DNA of 64,000 nucleotides from NCBI GenBank assembly GCA_963693365.1, contig CAVNZM010000005.1, positions 10,563,728 through 10,627,727 of the forward strand, written 5' to 3'. Shown here piece by piece: positions 1 to 46,107 of the stretch. Numbering within the stretch: the stretch's first letter is position 1; every line of letters begins with the position of its first letter. This stretch comes from Amoebidium appalachense (taxonomy: Eukaryota > Protista > Ichthyosporea). The notes beneath the pieces are model-generated. The model was not told the origin of the DNA. It made no database searches and worked only from the letters and a program-made list of their open reading frames with translations. The position numbers and the translations under genes were made by a program.

Positions 1-1
1 G

Positions 2-1282
2 TCACTTCATACCACTACCAACGAGATTCTGAAGCTCATTAAAAATCATATCCATATCTCCGGGGGTCAAATCATGGTCCAGACGTGTAAGCATGGACGT
101 ATCCGACTGACTATTCAGGGCCGGCGTCAGGCAGAATTGAGGATCAACCATCTGGAATGACGGTGTGCTGTTAACGGGGAACAGACGGTGGGGCTGCTGT
201 TGCCCCAACTGGCTACCCAGATTGATCCCCCTCTTCATCATGCCGTATCCGAGTAGTTGGCCGGCCATGTCGATATCGTTTGCTCCAAGCCCTTGTATCT
301 GCATGGAAAACGGCGACGGTGTTTGCGAGCTCGCGCTGAGCGAAAGATGTGGGGAAAAGACAGAGTTCACCGACGAGGGGCTATATGAACCGACCGACGG
401 GATGGTTGGAGTCGCAAGGGTGGCGTCAAAACCAAAACCGTTCTGCGGAAACATGCAATCGTTGTCCGGACCCACACCCCGAAGCCCGTGTGTCTCAGCT
501 GGTGATGACATGCTAGCAAGAGTAGCTGCATCCAGAGACCCGGCCGGTCCGGTGAGTAGAAAGTCGTCCAGAGAAAGAGAAAACAAATTTCCGCTTTGGT
601 TAAGAACCTCATATGTGTCCTCGTCGCACAGACTCATTAATGATTCTTCGTTGGTGAGGCAGCCCGGCGCGCTTGGTGACCCTTCCAACGGCGGTGGCCA
701 AGAGCCATTGCTGTCTGGCTTCATGGCGATCGGTTTATGTTCGCTCTTAATCTTTGCGATGGGCCCCTTCAAACTTGGTGTCGTGGTGACGGATGCTTCT
801 GTGTCCGAGTCGGTGCCCTTTCCGTTCTTCAGTATCCCCCGGATGCCCTCTCCGTTGTGCTTCAACCGAACGTGTGTAGCCAGGGAGGACCTCGTGGCAT
901 ATTTTCTGCCGCACTTTTCGTTTGGGCAAGTGTAGTCTCGGGAAAGCTCCTTAAATGTTCTCCGGTGTCGTATCCGTGACCCCTGCTGGCTTGCCGGATT
1001 CATGAAAAAGGCCATTTGTTTGCCTACCATGCGGTTGCTTCCCTGCTCTATCATGTTTGTTTCGTGCACTAGGCATGACATGGAAAACTTGCCGTTAGGC
1101 CCATGCTGGTTAGAACTGTTTGTCTGCGATGATCCTGGTTGCTTATTCTGGAAAGCTAACGGAGTTTGTGAATCTACACTTGTTTTTGGTAGCACTGTTA
1201 ACTGTTGCCTTGCACCCCCCGGTGGGTGTGGGGCAGGAAGAAGGGGCGTATGAAACATGGATGGAGTGTGAAAGGTCATCAT
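2..1282 (-). CDS. Single C2H2 zinc-finger transcription factor, Con7-like basic extension + finger, S/P/Q-rich tail; intronless CDS, 426 aa
   Basis: Uninterrupted complex-sequence ORF containing RIRHRRTFKELSRDYTCPNEKCGRKYATRSSLATHVRLKH (CX4CX12HX4H preceded by an R-x-R-R basic stretch), resembling the fungal Con7-type finger as recalled. Acidic/low-complexity C-terminus. Confidence 0.82.
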   Translation of the reverse strand: MMTFHTPSMFHTPLLPAPHPPGGARQQLTVLPKTSVDSQTPLAFQNKQPGSSQTNSSNQHGPNGKFSMSCLVHETNMIEQGSNRMVGKQMAFFMNPASQQGSRIRHRRTFKELSRDYTCPNEKCGRKYATRSSLATHVRLKHNGEGIRGILKNGKGTDSDTEASVTTTPSLKGPIAKIKSEHKPIAMKPDSNGSWPPPLEGSPSAPGCLTNEESLMSLCDEDTYEVLNQSGNLFSLSLDDFLLTGPAGSLDAATLASMSSPAETHGLRGVGPDNDCMFPQNGFGFDATLATPTIPSVGSYSPSSVNSVFSPHLSLSASSQTPSPFSMQIQGLGANDIDMAGQLLGYGMMKRGINLGSQLGQQQPHRLFPVNSTPSFQMVDPQFCLTPALNSQSDTSMLTRLDHDLTPGDMDMIFNELQNLVGSGMK

Positions 1283-1759
1283 TTTCCTTATTCCTTATAG
1301 TAAGAGGTGCTATTTGCCAATTCACAAACTGTAACTGGTCTGTTTAGGATGTTCACTGTGTGCACCTGCTAATGTTTACGGCCAGCATATACTCTGCACT
1401 GCCTCTGTTTTGGTGCTGCTAACAACTGAGGGCTGCTTGCCCCACTGTGTGTGCAACGTGCCACAGCTACCGTGAAATGTTACCGTTGGTAATGGAGCAT
1501 ATGGGAATGCAAGGCGTAGGAGCGTCAAACGCTACGAAAGAGAGAGTGAATGACCTGTTTCCTTCCCCGGCCGTCACAATATGACCTGCAGCGGCATCGC
1601 TGAGTTGCTCTAATCATCGTAAATCCAGGGCACCAGATGAAGGCAAAGCCCGCGCTTTCCAATAAAGATGATTGGCAACGCAAATCCCATGATATATGAC
1701 GAATCTTTGCGCGGTATCTTGTATCCCTTTCAAGCCTTGGGCAGATAGTGCTGTGACTA

Positions 1760-2160
1760 TAAACCAATCAGATTCGGTTACCGGATAATTTGACTCAGTG
1801 ATCTGCCGGCGCCCGGTTGATTCTGCTCGATCGGAGTATCAACATCAAAAAACACGCTTTAACTGTGGGCTTTTATTACAGCAATACTTGCATAAGAATA
1901 TCTTATTATATCAAAACCCAACAAATACATTATAAATAATGCTGTTGCTTGTACGTCTTGGAAATCGGCCGCTCGTGCACACGTTCATGAATCAGCCCCT
2001 GAACAGATCACTTCTCTTCCGCCAATCGAACGAGGAATACGGTAGCCCAGACTTGAACATTCCGATCATCTATTTTCTGCCAATAAGACTTGATAAAAGC
2101 CATCCACTGAAACGGTGACCAATCAGGGACCCCAATAAGTCGAGTGAAAATTGGCTGTGA
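1760..2160. promoter_or_regulatory. CCAAT-box cluster, putative promoter region of the C2H2 gene
   Basis: Several CCAAT/ATTGG pentamers with NF-Y-like flanks: accaatcaga ~1764, gccaatcg ~2020, gccaataag ~2078, accaatcagg ~2118, ccaataag ~2131, attggct ~2150. Confidence 0.5.
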
Positions 2161-2709
2161 CCGTTGCGGCAAATCAACACTCAGCCAGGAGAGGCAGAGA
2201 GCCCGAGAGCAACGAGAGTAACTGAGAGCCCTCGGATACGAAATCAGAGGCTTCTGAAAGCCATTAGGTGGATTCTGAACTTGGAGACTTCTTGTCTACA
2301 CAGAAAACAATTAATTGATATGTAGTTCCCGTACATACAAGATCAATCAAGATTATGCAGTTTCAAGCACAATCCAACAGATCGTGACACTGGATCGGCC
2401 CATGGTGTGCACACATGGACCGTACTGTGGCTCCACGTGCACCGGGAGCCGTACCTGCTACGTCGTACTGACTCATGCGTGACTGGCTAGCGCGGGACAC
2501 ACGTTTGACAATCGTTGCTTTGATAGGCCATGCTTCTGTTTCCGGCCGCGGGCCCTAGGGCATGGGGGGGGGGAGGGGGTAGTTGAGGCGGGTTTAACTA
2601 GTAGGGGAGAGAGTAGCCGGTGGGGGAAGGTGTGTGTGGAGGGGGTGGCCGGGCGGAGGCCTCAGGGGGCGGGCGGGAGGCCGAAGTGGCGGGGGAAGGG
2701 AGGCAGGCT

Positions 2710-2752
<43 letters not shown>

Positions 2753-3131
2753 TCGATTATTATTATTAGTTCCCCATGCATAATATCATGACATATATGT
2801 GACCTGTGCAGATACAGCTGCAGGCCCTCTCTCTGCAGCTGCCTGCGGTTCGTGCGCACAGGTCCCATTAGAACATAGATAGGCCCGCGGGAATCTGCGC
2901 AGCTCCCTGGCCCCGCTTTAAGGGCTGCTGAGCCTGAAGCATTATTATTATTATGAATGTACATGGCAGTATTAATAATATTATTGCACGAGCTCCATCT
3001 TTTTACGCATCATCATGGGCATGATTATCATGATCGGGAAGCACACGAGTATGCCCAGCTAGCTAGGCCTAGGGTGGCATGGCCGGTAATGAAGGGGCCA
3101 TTGTGTTTGTGTGTGGTTTGTGTGTGTGTGT

Positions 3132-3199
<68 letters not shown>

Positions 3200-4246
3200 G
3201 GGGGGGGGGGCCGGGAGGGGGGGGGGGGGGGGGGGGGGGAGGGTTGGGTTCGAGTAAGGTTTGAGTGAGAAGAGCAAAGCGAGTGAGGCGTGTGCAGAGC
3301 AAAACTTGAGGGCCGTGTATACAGTACCGCGTAGAAAGGAACAGCCCTATACACTAGTTCGGAATTCCCATTGGAATTCGTCTGCGTAACCTTATATACG
3401 GCTTACCTGGAAAGATTCGGTCCGGGATCATCTGATTGGCCTTACATTCTGAAAGGGCTAGGGTAAAGGCTGCCCTCACCCCATCGGGGCCGCGGTACAA
3501 ATCTAGAGGCTCTGATGTACATGTTTCACTCGTTTTTACCCAGAAAACAGGTTTTGGTTCATTATGAAAAATTGTCGGAAATGAAAAAGCGCGTAATAAT
3601 GATATAGGGTGTCCGTGATGTCCGACGCTTCCCTCATCGTCAAAATCGGCAAAAACCCGTCTGGCAAAACCTCCGACCGTCAGGGCCCTGGTCGATCGTC
3701 TATGACCAAATCATAGATTTTTCTAGTCTTCACCATGAAAATAAGCGGCGGACACCCTATGTTGCTTATACAATAAATGTGTGTCGCGTTATGTATAAAA
3801 TTTTTATTTAGTTGACCAAAACCTATGTTCTATTCATATTTTTAACTTTGATCGTGTCATTTGGTATATGGCTACCCTTCCCCGATCGAGCCCTTCATTA
3901 CGTCATCATTCCAACCGGAGTGAAGCAAAGCCATTGGAAATTTTACATAGGCGATCCGAACTAGTGTATGCATATGAACAAAATACCCTTAGTCCTCTCC
4001 CCGTCCCCCTTCCCCTTCCCCCCAACCTCCAGGTCCTCCCCGTACGTACGCGTTCGATCGGATTCGGGGCGGGGTCTTTTTTTTCCTTCTTTCCTTTTTT
4101 TGGTTGACCGGCTGCATCTGGAGACGTAAGGTCTGTGGGAAATTTTCAGCAGTGCCCCCTTGTGACCTATCGTTGCAGGCAAGCAAGCATACCGTGTACA
4201 CACATGCGTGCGCGCAGACAAACACCCACCCAGACGACGCGCTTGC

Positions 4247-4399
<153 letters not shown>

Positions 4400-5035
4400 G
4401 CACACCCGCATTCACGCGCACACGAACGCAAACAACACACGCACACCGGCACACCGTACTCGGATACGCAGAACCTACAAACGCCCGGTTTGCGCAAACA
4501 CTAAAAGGCGTTCTACGAACAACCCCAGGGCGGCAAACGAAGGGATATTCCTTCCCAGTCGGTACATACTGTACGTCAGAGTGCTCTGGAGTTGCGTGTA
4601 CCGTCCTGTCGGAAGGCAGTGAAGGCAGGGTGTGTCGCGCTTGTGTCGCGCTGTTGGGTAAGAGCAGCCAGTTCGCGATCTTGCCATATATGGCTTCCTC
4701 GCACCTCTTCCCGCGTTTTTATTGGCCATCTTCAATGGCATCTGGCGCCAAAATTTGCATTTGAGCTGCGGCACTGCCTCCCCATCTAATCCCTGCCCCT
4801 GGCCTCCAATCCCGCACGGTGAGGCGACCTATGGGTACTACCTTGCTCTTTTGTGAAAGCTGGGTGCCACAAACATCTTACTTCGACACATGGGATGTAC
4901 ATAATTTCAGTTAGACGTGTTTAAGGAGGAAAATATTGAGCTCTATTGCACTTCTGTCTTGTTATTCGTGCAAAGTTCAGCGAGCTGTGTTGCCGCGTGA
5001 TATGATAGCTGGCCTTAGCTGGCCATGTGACAGCC

Positions 5036-38269
<33,234 letters not shown>

Positions 38270-38332
38270 GATGTTGATATGGCAGGTGTGGTGGCGGGGT
38301 GAGATCTTTTTTTATTTCCGCGCAAAGGGAGG

Positions 38333-38363
<31 letters not shown>

Positions 38364-39626
38364 AGGGGAGAGGGGGGGGGGGGGGGGGGGGGGGGGCAAA
38401 GAGAGGAAGGGGGGGGGGGGGGGGGGGGGGGGGATATATATGCACGGCTGTTGTTCTTTCTTGTTGCTTGACTTCCATTCCATAACCTTTTGTGGGTACT
38501 GTTGCTCGGATATGTTTTCAATACAAGTGCTTAAGTCGCACACACGCATGACGTGCACATGCATGCACATCCATTCAAACACACGTGTACATTGTCTTTA
38601 GAGTTTGCTCAAATTCTATCAATAGTCCTCATCGAACTTGAACGGAGGGTTTTCATATTCGGTTTATGTACAATATTCGTGAGATCTATCTTGGGGAATA
38701 CGGGAACAATTTTTAAATGTGATGGTTGTAAGTCCTATAATATGATGAATATGATTGGTTTACAAAGAAAATTGAGACGCTAAACTGTGCAATGAGATAT
38801 ATTCCTTGATATACTGGGTATTTTTTCTTTGATTGTGTGAATGATGATTGTGCATATCCCTTGATCTACATGTACTTAGAGAAATGTGATAATCTAGTTT
38901 AGATGTTGCTATAAACCAACCCCTATTCCACAGTGGCTCGCCACTCGCCTATTGTCAATTGGATGATCTGCAAGTCATATTGTGCAATGTCTACATCTAT
39001 TTGCCTAGGCTGTCGTTGTGGTCCAGTTTCATCAATCATGTGGGTACTGCGGTGCAAAATTGTTGACACGGAACTTTCGAAAAACAACTTTCCTTGCCTA
39101 CATACAATATCAATAAATCTACTTATGATGTCAAACCGCACAGTTAGCGTGGTAGTGCGTGGGTGTAAGGTCTCTGGCAGCTTATGTTCATGTGCTTTGG
39201 TAGTGCATTAGCAATGCGTGTGTGCACATCAGCATATGCATGGCAGCACGCGTGAGTGCATGCTTGCATCAGTTGCGCATGCATGTCTGTGTTCCTGTCT
39301 GTGCTTGTCATTTTAAATTTTATTAACATTGTTGTGTTCAGCCCTCATGGAAGTTGCAGCGTTAAATATAAAGGGCAGTGCATAAGTTACAGCCCAATGG
39401 TTCCCTATTGATAGCGGCTAAAATCCGCTCAATGGTTTCCTGGTGGCCAGGTGGAGGGTGCATGGCAATCCAATGGTTTTGACAATGGATCACTTCAAAG
39501 TGGAGAGAGAGAGAGAGAGAGAGGAGATGAAGAGATCTAGAGAATGGGAAAGATGTATTTTGGAGCCTCCAGACTGAGATGATCATGAATATAGGCACGG
39601 ATGGTGGTGCCCGCGGGGTGAGGGAC

Positions 39627-39661
<35 letters not shown>

Positions 39662-39733
39662 AAGGGGATATGGCTGTACACATACGACCCTCTTTTTACC
39701 GTGCCGGTGCATGTCCTATCTGGATTTCTGAAA

Positions 39734-39773
<40 letters not shown>

Positions 39774-41400
39774 GGGGAGGGAGGCAGACGGACATGCACC
39801 GTAGAGCTGGGAGGGCCTACGTGTGGTCACATATGGCATCCCCCCAACTCCACTTAGTCTAGTACTTGCGAGCAACATGACAGACAACCGTAGTGAGCAA
39901 GCCAAGCACGTGCACATGCGCACGCTAGCTGCAACCGAGCTGCAGACTCTAAAGACTTGCACAGCTCAAGAGTCTTTGTAACCCCGGGTTAACTGAAACA
40001 ATAGACAGCAGTGGTGTGTGTACACGTCTTTGTGCGCGCGCATGTGTGTGTGCGTGTGTGCTGTGTGCGTGTGAGCACGTACAAATGTTTGTTTTTTTCT
40101 TTTTTCTCTTTTCATTCATTCTTCCTTTTTTTGGGGGGGGGGGGGGGAGGGAGGCTGGGGAGGAGGGGGCTGAGAATGACAATGGGTAGTACTATGTATT
40201 CAGTCACATGTCATGGACAACACACTTGTAATAACGGATAATGCAGACTGAGCTCGAGTGCAAGGACACAAAGAATATGTATAATAAAGGAGAGCCCATC
40301 CTCACAGGGGGGACCCACGTCCTCTGCGACAGTACCCGAGTTTCGACCCTTTCACATCACTGCTCGACTGGAACGGGTGTGTGTGCATGTGTGTGTGTGT
40401 GTGTGGTGGGGGGGGGGGATGTACCCAAGGTTTTGAACGCAAGTCTCACGATACATGCATTGTATTCAGCTAGGTAGGGGTTACACATCCCCAGTAAATA
40501 AAACCACAGCAGCCAGGCCGGGTTCCGGATTGTACACAGTACATTCCTTAGCGAAACTGTATCATCATGTCCATGTAAGTGTACTTATGAAACATACACA
40601 AACACATTCTTTTCGGTTCTTTTTAAGTTTATCAGATAACTTCAACCAATCAAAACTAAACTTTTAACCAGCACTCATTTATCATATTTTCAGGGGATTT
40701 AACAACCTTTCTTTCTTTTGTGGTTGCACGTTGAAAATGTTTTAAGCGTCCAAAATGCACATATTTTCCAACAAATGCAAACATCTTGACATTTTTTTTT
40801 TTTAACCCTATTAAAGGTTTGGGACACGAGCATATACATACACACGGCACAAAAAGAAAATTATCACAGACATCTAATTAGACAGACATATCATATTAAT
40901 ATCTTGGGCGTCTCCTTTTTTTCACTTAACCTTCTTCTGCTTTTTTTGTCAGCAACCGCAGTTACATTATTTGGTCCATTTTTTTTAATCTATATAGGCG
41001 TAAATAAGAAACCAAATACGACACAAAAACCACCGAAAGCGGGCTAACACATTGTGAATAACAAACACAAACACTCAAGGAAAAAAGGCGTTTCACTGGC
41101 TCGAAAGAAAACTGCAACATCCGGAAAAAATTTCGTCAAGGGCGGGAAAAAAAAAAAAAAGGAAAAGAATACCACCAGAAAGATGAAACTGGTTACGGGA
41201 ATGAAAAGGCGGAAACCCAGCAAAAGTGACGGCCAATTAAGAAGAAGAAAATACATTCCTTAAGTCAATCTGATTTTCTGGTTCACTTACACGAGCGTCC
41301 CGAAACACGGTAAAGAGCCCGCCATTACCCCATGGGCTCTTGGTGTCTTCTCGAGTATTCTTGCGGAAATTTGCTGCTTTCGGTAATTATGTTGTGTTGC

Positions 41401-42654
41401 TCAAGCCATTCCGGTAGATAACTGCATGTGTCGGGAAGGAAAAGAAGAAGACTGTCAGCAAAACGTTTCCCCTATAAATGTCTAAAACACTTCTGCAGTT
41501 TAGATCAGAGCAGGAGGATGGATGTACAAATTCTAAGTGTAAACCTTTCCAACAGTACTGACACAATCGCAGCAAAAAATATAAAAAATAAAAAATAGCA
41601 GCTGGGAAAAAAGAACAACACCGGAACACCGAGCGGTACATACCGACACCCCAAACACATGTACAATCAACCAGCCCGGCATCAGTTGAAAAAGAAGGGG
41701 GGGGGGGGGGGGGGGGGGGGGGGTAGGAGTAGGAAGATGGAAAGAAAGAAATACCTTTGCGATGGCAGCCAGCAGCTTGGCGCGCATGCCGAAGCTCTGC
41801 ATGCCCATGTCACGGAGGCAATGGTCGTCGAGTGACGTCAGAAGGGACCCGTCAATGTCGTTGGCCCGCAGAATTTGAGCTGCCGCTTGGACCGTGTTGT
41901 CGTTCTGTGACGTCACCCACCTGGGAAGAAATGGCAAATCAGAACCCGCCATGCAGCAAGAACCAAGAGCAGTGAAAAACGCACAGTGCAAGAGGATAAG
42001 AAAACCGAAACAACAAAAGCTCTTTTTTTCCATCAATGGCGTACAGCTCATAGAATATCACTTATTCAAAGTGGGGATGCTCACATACATTTCGACTGTG
42101 CGAGAATGTGTAGGAGGGAATGAGAGGGGGGGTTTTTGGGGGGGGGGGGGGGTTATGTTTACCTCATGACATCATCAGCATTCCAGCTCCTATACTTGGG
42201 GTTGCCCGTTGCCACCACAGGGGCTCCCTGGGCAGACCCGGGGTTCCCATTCAGCGCGGCCGATCCATGCACAACGCCATTCCCAGGATTATTCCCCATC
42301 CCCTGCTGAGGCGACCAGGTAGGGGCAGCAAACGCGGACCACGAAGTGGATGCAAGCCATGTTGCATCATTTCCTCCAGGGAAACCCGCACCTGCGGGCG
42401 GCCCCCGGGCCTCAGGGAGGTGTCCTTGCTGCTGTTGCTGGGGCAGGGGGGGTTGGTGTTGGGGCTGGTGGTGGTGGTGGTTGGGGTTGCGGTGGTGGGG
42501 CCCAGAGTTGCGCTTGGTCACTGGGAAAGGCTGCGTGCTGAACATGGACGACTGGGGAGGGAGGAAGGGTAAGTACGGGTGTCATATATTACAAACGACA
42601 TCAATGTTCTTTGAAAAAGCTCTTGTTAATATGTCAACGTAGCGAAATCGTTCT

Positions 42655-42691
<37 letters not shown>

Positions 42692-44297
42692 ATGAATGTG
42701 CGCCGTCAAACACGTTCCCCTCTTGGGACGTCATCACATTTGGTACCAAATAATCAGGAGCACAAGAAGCCACAATTCAATGTGTGGGAATGTGGCGCGC
42801 CTTCATAAGCATACAAAACTACAGAGCTACACAGCGAAAGCATAGCCAAGGAACCATATGCAGCAAAAAAAAAAAGGCACCAGTCACAAACTCTCATCTG
42901 CATGTGCACGTGTTTGTGCATAAATAAAAAATTACAAGAAAGGGAAAAAGATTCCAACACACCTGACCCTGCGGCTCAAACTCCGGCCGCCACTGTGCGT
43001 TGTTGCCATACGGGTGGCCAAACGGTGCCTGGGGCGGGTATGCATGCATGCCGTAGCCATGTTGCGGAGGCATCCCAAACGGGCCAGGAAACGGTCCACC
43101 CATGTGCCCATTTCCACGTTGCTGCTTGAGAGGCGGCAGGTCTTGACCCATCCCAAACGGACCCTTGGAGTGCGCGTGCGCGTCGTATCCACCGCCCATG
43201 GGGTAGGAATGGTGTGGGTTACCAGCAGGTTTTTGCGGCATCTCGTCCGGTTCGCTTGCAACCACCGACATTGCCATACTCTCGGCAACGCTCTCCCCGT
43301 CGTGAGTCCCATTCATACCGTCCATGTCTCCCGCACCCGCGTCGGCCCCCGCACCGTGGAAGGGACCGGCAATCGCCAGAGCGTCGCACTCGTTGTCCGC
43401 TTGGCTCCGCATCAGTTGTTCCTCATTAGGCGGGGTGATGGTTTCCGGCGCAGGTGGACGTGTGCTCACGACCATGTGGTGCATACCGCGTGCCCGTGGG
43501 TCGGAAATCACGTCCATACCGTGCAGGGCAGCGTACAGGCGAGGTGAGGCGGGAGGGGTGTGCGCGACAGACGAAACGGACGAAAGAGGAGGGGAGGGGT
43601 ACCCGTCCGACGCAAAGCCCTCCGACCCGCCCAGAAGCTGTGTGAGGGGGTGGCCGAGGGATGCAAGCAACTCTTGCTTGAGCTTTTCAAGGTAGCGAGG
43701 AATCAACACAATCTCATCACCAAGGTGCGAGTGCGTGCAGTACCTCCCACGGATGCACTTTTCCCGTTGGCTCTCGATGAATATGCACGCCTGGCGCTTG
43801 TAGGACATGGGGTGGAAGCGAACCGCCGTGAGGGGGGAGTTGTTGGGGAGGGGAATCCATCGGCCCGTTTCGAGATTGAGGCGGACGGGTTCGCGTCTGT
43901 CTGTCGGCTCGGCCTGAATGTGCCAGTGAGGGCACCTGCACAACATTGATTAGTTTTATTTTGAATATCATACAACTGGGAAGAACAGATGTGCACAATA
44001 TATATATTTATGTATATACATTGAAAAGCAAATAAATAAATTGAAAAAAACAAATGTAATAAAGGCAACACAAATAAAACAATAAAAAAAGTAGGAATAA
44101 AATTAATAAGTAGGAATACAAATATTTGTATTCCTACTTTTTTTATTGTTTTATTTGTGTTGCCTTTATTACATTGTTTTTATTCCTACTTTTTTATCAC
44201 CTTAAAGGCAAAATGGAAGTGTTTTTTGCTTGCATTCACCCGAATGTAGCAGCATAATGACATCCACTATCATCTTATGTGTACACACACACAAATT

Positions 44298-44332
<35 letters not shown>

Positions 44333-46107
44333 GGAGCGAGGGAGAGGGAGAGAAACAAAAACCAAAAGTCCTTGTCTCCACAAAACAAAACAGGCTGTCC
44401 ACACCAAGGTCATGAAACACTACAAACATCTGTTTTACATCCTAAAATCATGAAAAGGACGGGAGGTTAACCTTCCCCCCCCCCCCCCAAAAAAAAAAGT
44501 GCCTAAAGCACCAAGAAAAATAAAACCATTCAGAATTCGGACTCCAACAAGGCCATTCTTTCCGTTCTTCTTGCCCAGCCCCTTTCCTCGAAACACCGTC
44601 AGAAAACTTAGCATAAACACCACAGCCTGAAACCCCATACACCCCCAAACATACCTTTGCATGTCGTGATCGCGCTTCACCCGGCACGGATGCTCACCAG
44701 TTTTGAATTCCAGCATCAAATATCTAAACCATTCGTCTGCAAAAAAAAAAAAAAAGCACCAAGTCAGTCAAGCACTTCATAAAAAGCAGAACTTGTATGC
44801 AGGATTGAAAACATGCAGGGAAAAGGGCAAGAATAAGACCACCGCTGCACTAAGATATTGGTGGGAAACAAAAGAATTGCATATTTTTACATCAGAGAAA
44901 AGAGAAAAGCCCAAGGACTGCAAGAGATAAAGCGACAGCATTTGCAGCTAGAACTGAAAGCAAAGGCAGGTTGGAGCTATGGGTGCCCAAAGCAACCAGC
45001 TGTACTTATCAGCTACGGCATAGCACATCCCACAAAGGCAAACAGCCCATTTTCTACAAGGCAAATCGTTCAAGCACCCAGCCACCAACAGGGAAAAAAC
45101 AACAGAGCGAGGGAACAGAGCACTCACAAGTAACAGGGTCTGGGGGGTACCAGTATCCATCGACCACCAACCCTTGGCACCTCCACGGAGGTAGAAACAC
45201 CTCGTGTGGGTGCAAGTAACCACACTTTTCCCTCGGGTCCCGGCACTTATCCCCGTCCGGGCACATTCGCGTCTTGTATACATCTGGATGGTAAATGAAC
45301 TCGATTGAGTTCGAAGGAAACGCGTCGGATGCGTATGCCCAGGGGGGAGATTGCCTCCCGTTTACGCATACTGGCTTGCGTTTCCCTTTGGGATTGTATG
45401 AAAACATAAAGCGTATAAGCCGTGCTGTTTCGCTCTCTATGCGCGCGTCCGGTCTCCTGACCGCGAGCGGTGCCCCTCCTGGGAAAAAAAAAAGAAAAGA
45501 TGGAGTCAGTTGTTTGCATGGGAAAACGGAAAGGTCTGGAGCACCAAAAAATTTCCTTGTACATCCCACAAATTTTCCCAACGACATATTTTATTAATTG
45601 AAATATGAAAAGGGATCAACATCTTGGCTAGCTGGGAAAAAACGAGGGGTAAAAAAAAAGGAACCAACAAAAAAAAAGACGCACCCTCCGCCACAATATC
45701 TTGCACAAAGAATCCTCAGCAACCACTAGCCAAAAAAATAAAACTAAGACCATTTTGAACCCAGGTATACTTGAAATTGTCCCTTTTCGCTGAAACATCT
45801 ATGCCTTTGTTCCAATTCAAACGATGTCTGTCCTACGGCTGAAAAAAGACCTTCACGCAGCAAAAAGATATACAACAATGTACTATATTAAGTGGAAACT
45901 GTGGAACATGGTCCTCCTGTGATTTCCATACCCTGAAGTAAACCCTCCCCTCAAAAAGTGGTCTGGAGAAGGGAAAAAAAGGCCGAAAGCTATGTTCCAT
46001 GAAGCTACAAAAACAAGGCCTTACACACACGGACAAAAAATGGACTACTCACTAGCATTAGTCTTACGCCGTGTCACCACAGCGAACTCCGAGCCCGTCT
46101 TAGCCAT
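41401..46107 (-). CDS. Unkempt-like CCCH zinc-finger RNA-binding protein with C-terminal SAM domain, 7 exons, about 678 aa
   Basis: Phase-consistent exons (minus): 46107-46053, 45478-45128, 44736-44655, 43935-42963, 42551-42163, 41920-41755, 41421-41401 (TGA). Fingers EFIYHPDVYKTRMCPDGDKCRDPREKCGYLH, YLMLEFKTGEHPCRVKRDHDMQRCPHWH and FHPMSYKRQACIFIESQREKCIRGRYCTHSH; P/G/H/Q-rich linker; SAM-like SWNADDVMRWV...ILRANDIDGSLLTSLDDHCLRDMGMQSFGMRAKLLAAIAKL. Confidence 0.8.
44053..44175. repeat. AT-rich perfect inverted repeat (about 47-bp arms) with nested central palindrome
   Basis: 44053-44099 is the reverse complement of 44129-44175; aagtaggaatacaaat|atttgtattcctactt at 44108-44139. Confidence 0.9.

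Noticed and set aside
165-935. 256-aa + strand ORF
   Set aside because: Antisense shadow of the C2H2 gene with no recognisable motif.
42582-42830. Additional exon of the CCCH-SAM gene
   Set aside because: The phase-0 reading from the candidate acceptor hits a stop, and the flanking exons join in frame without it.
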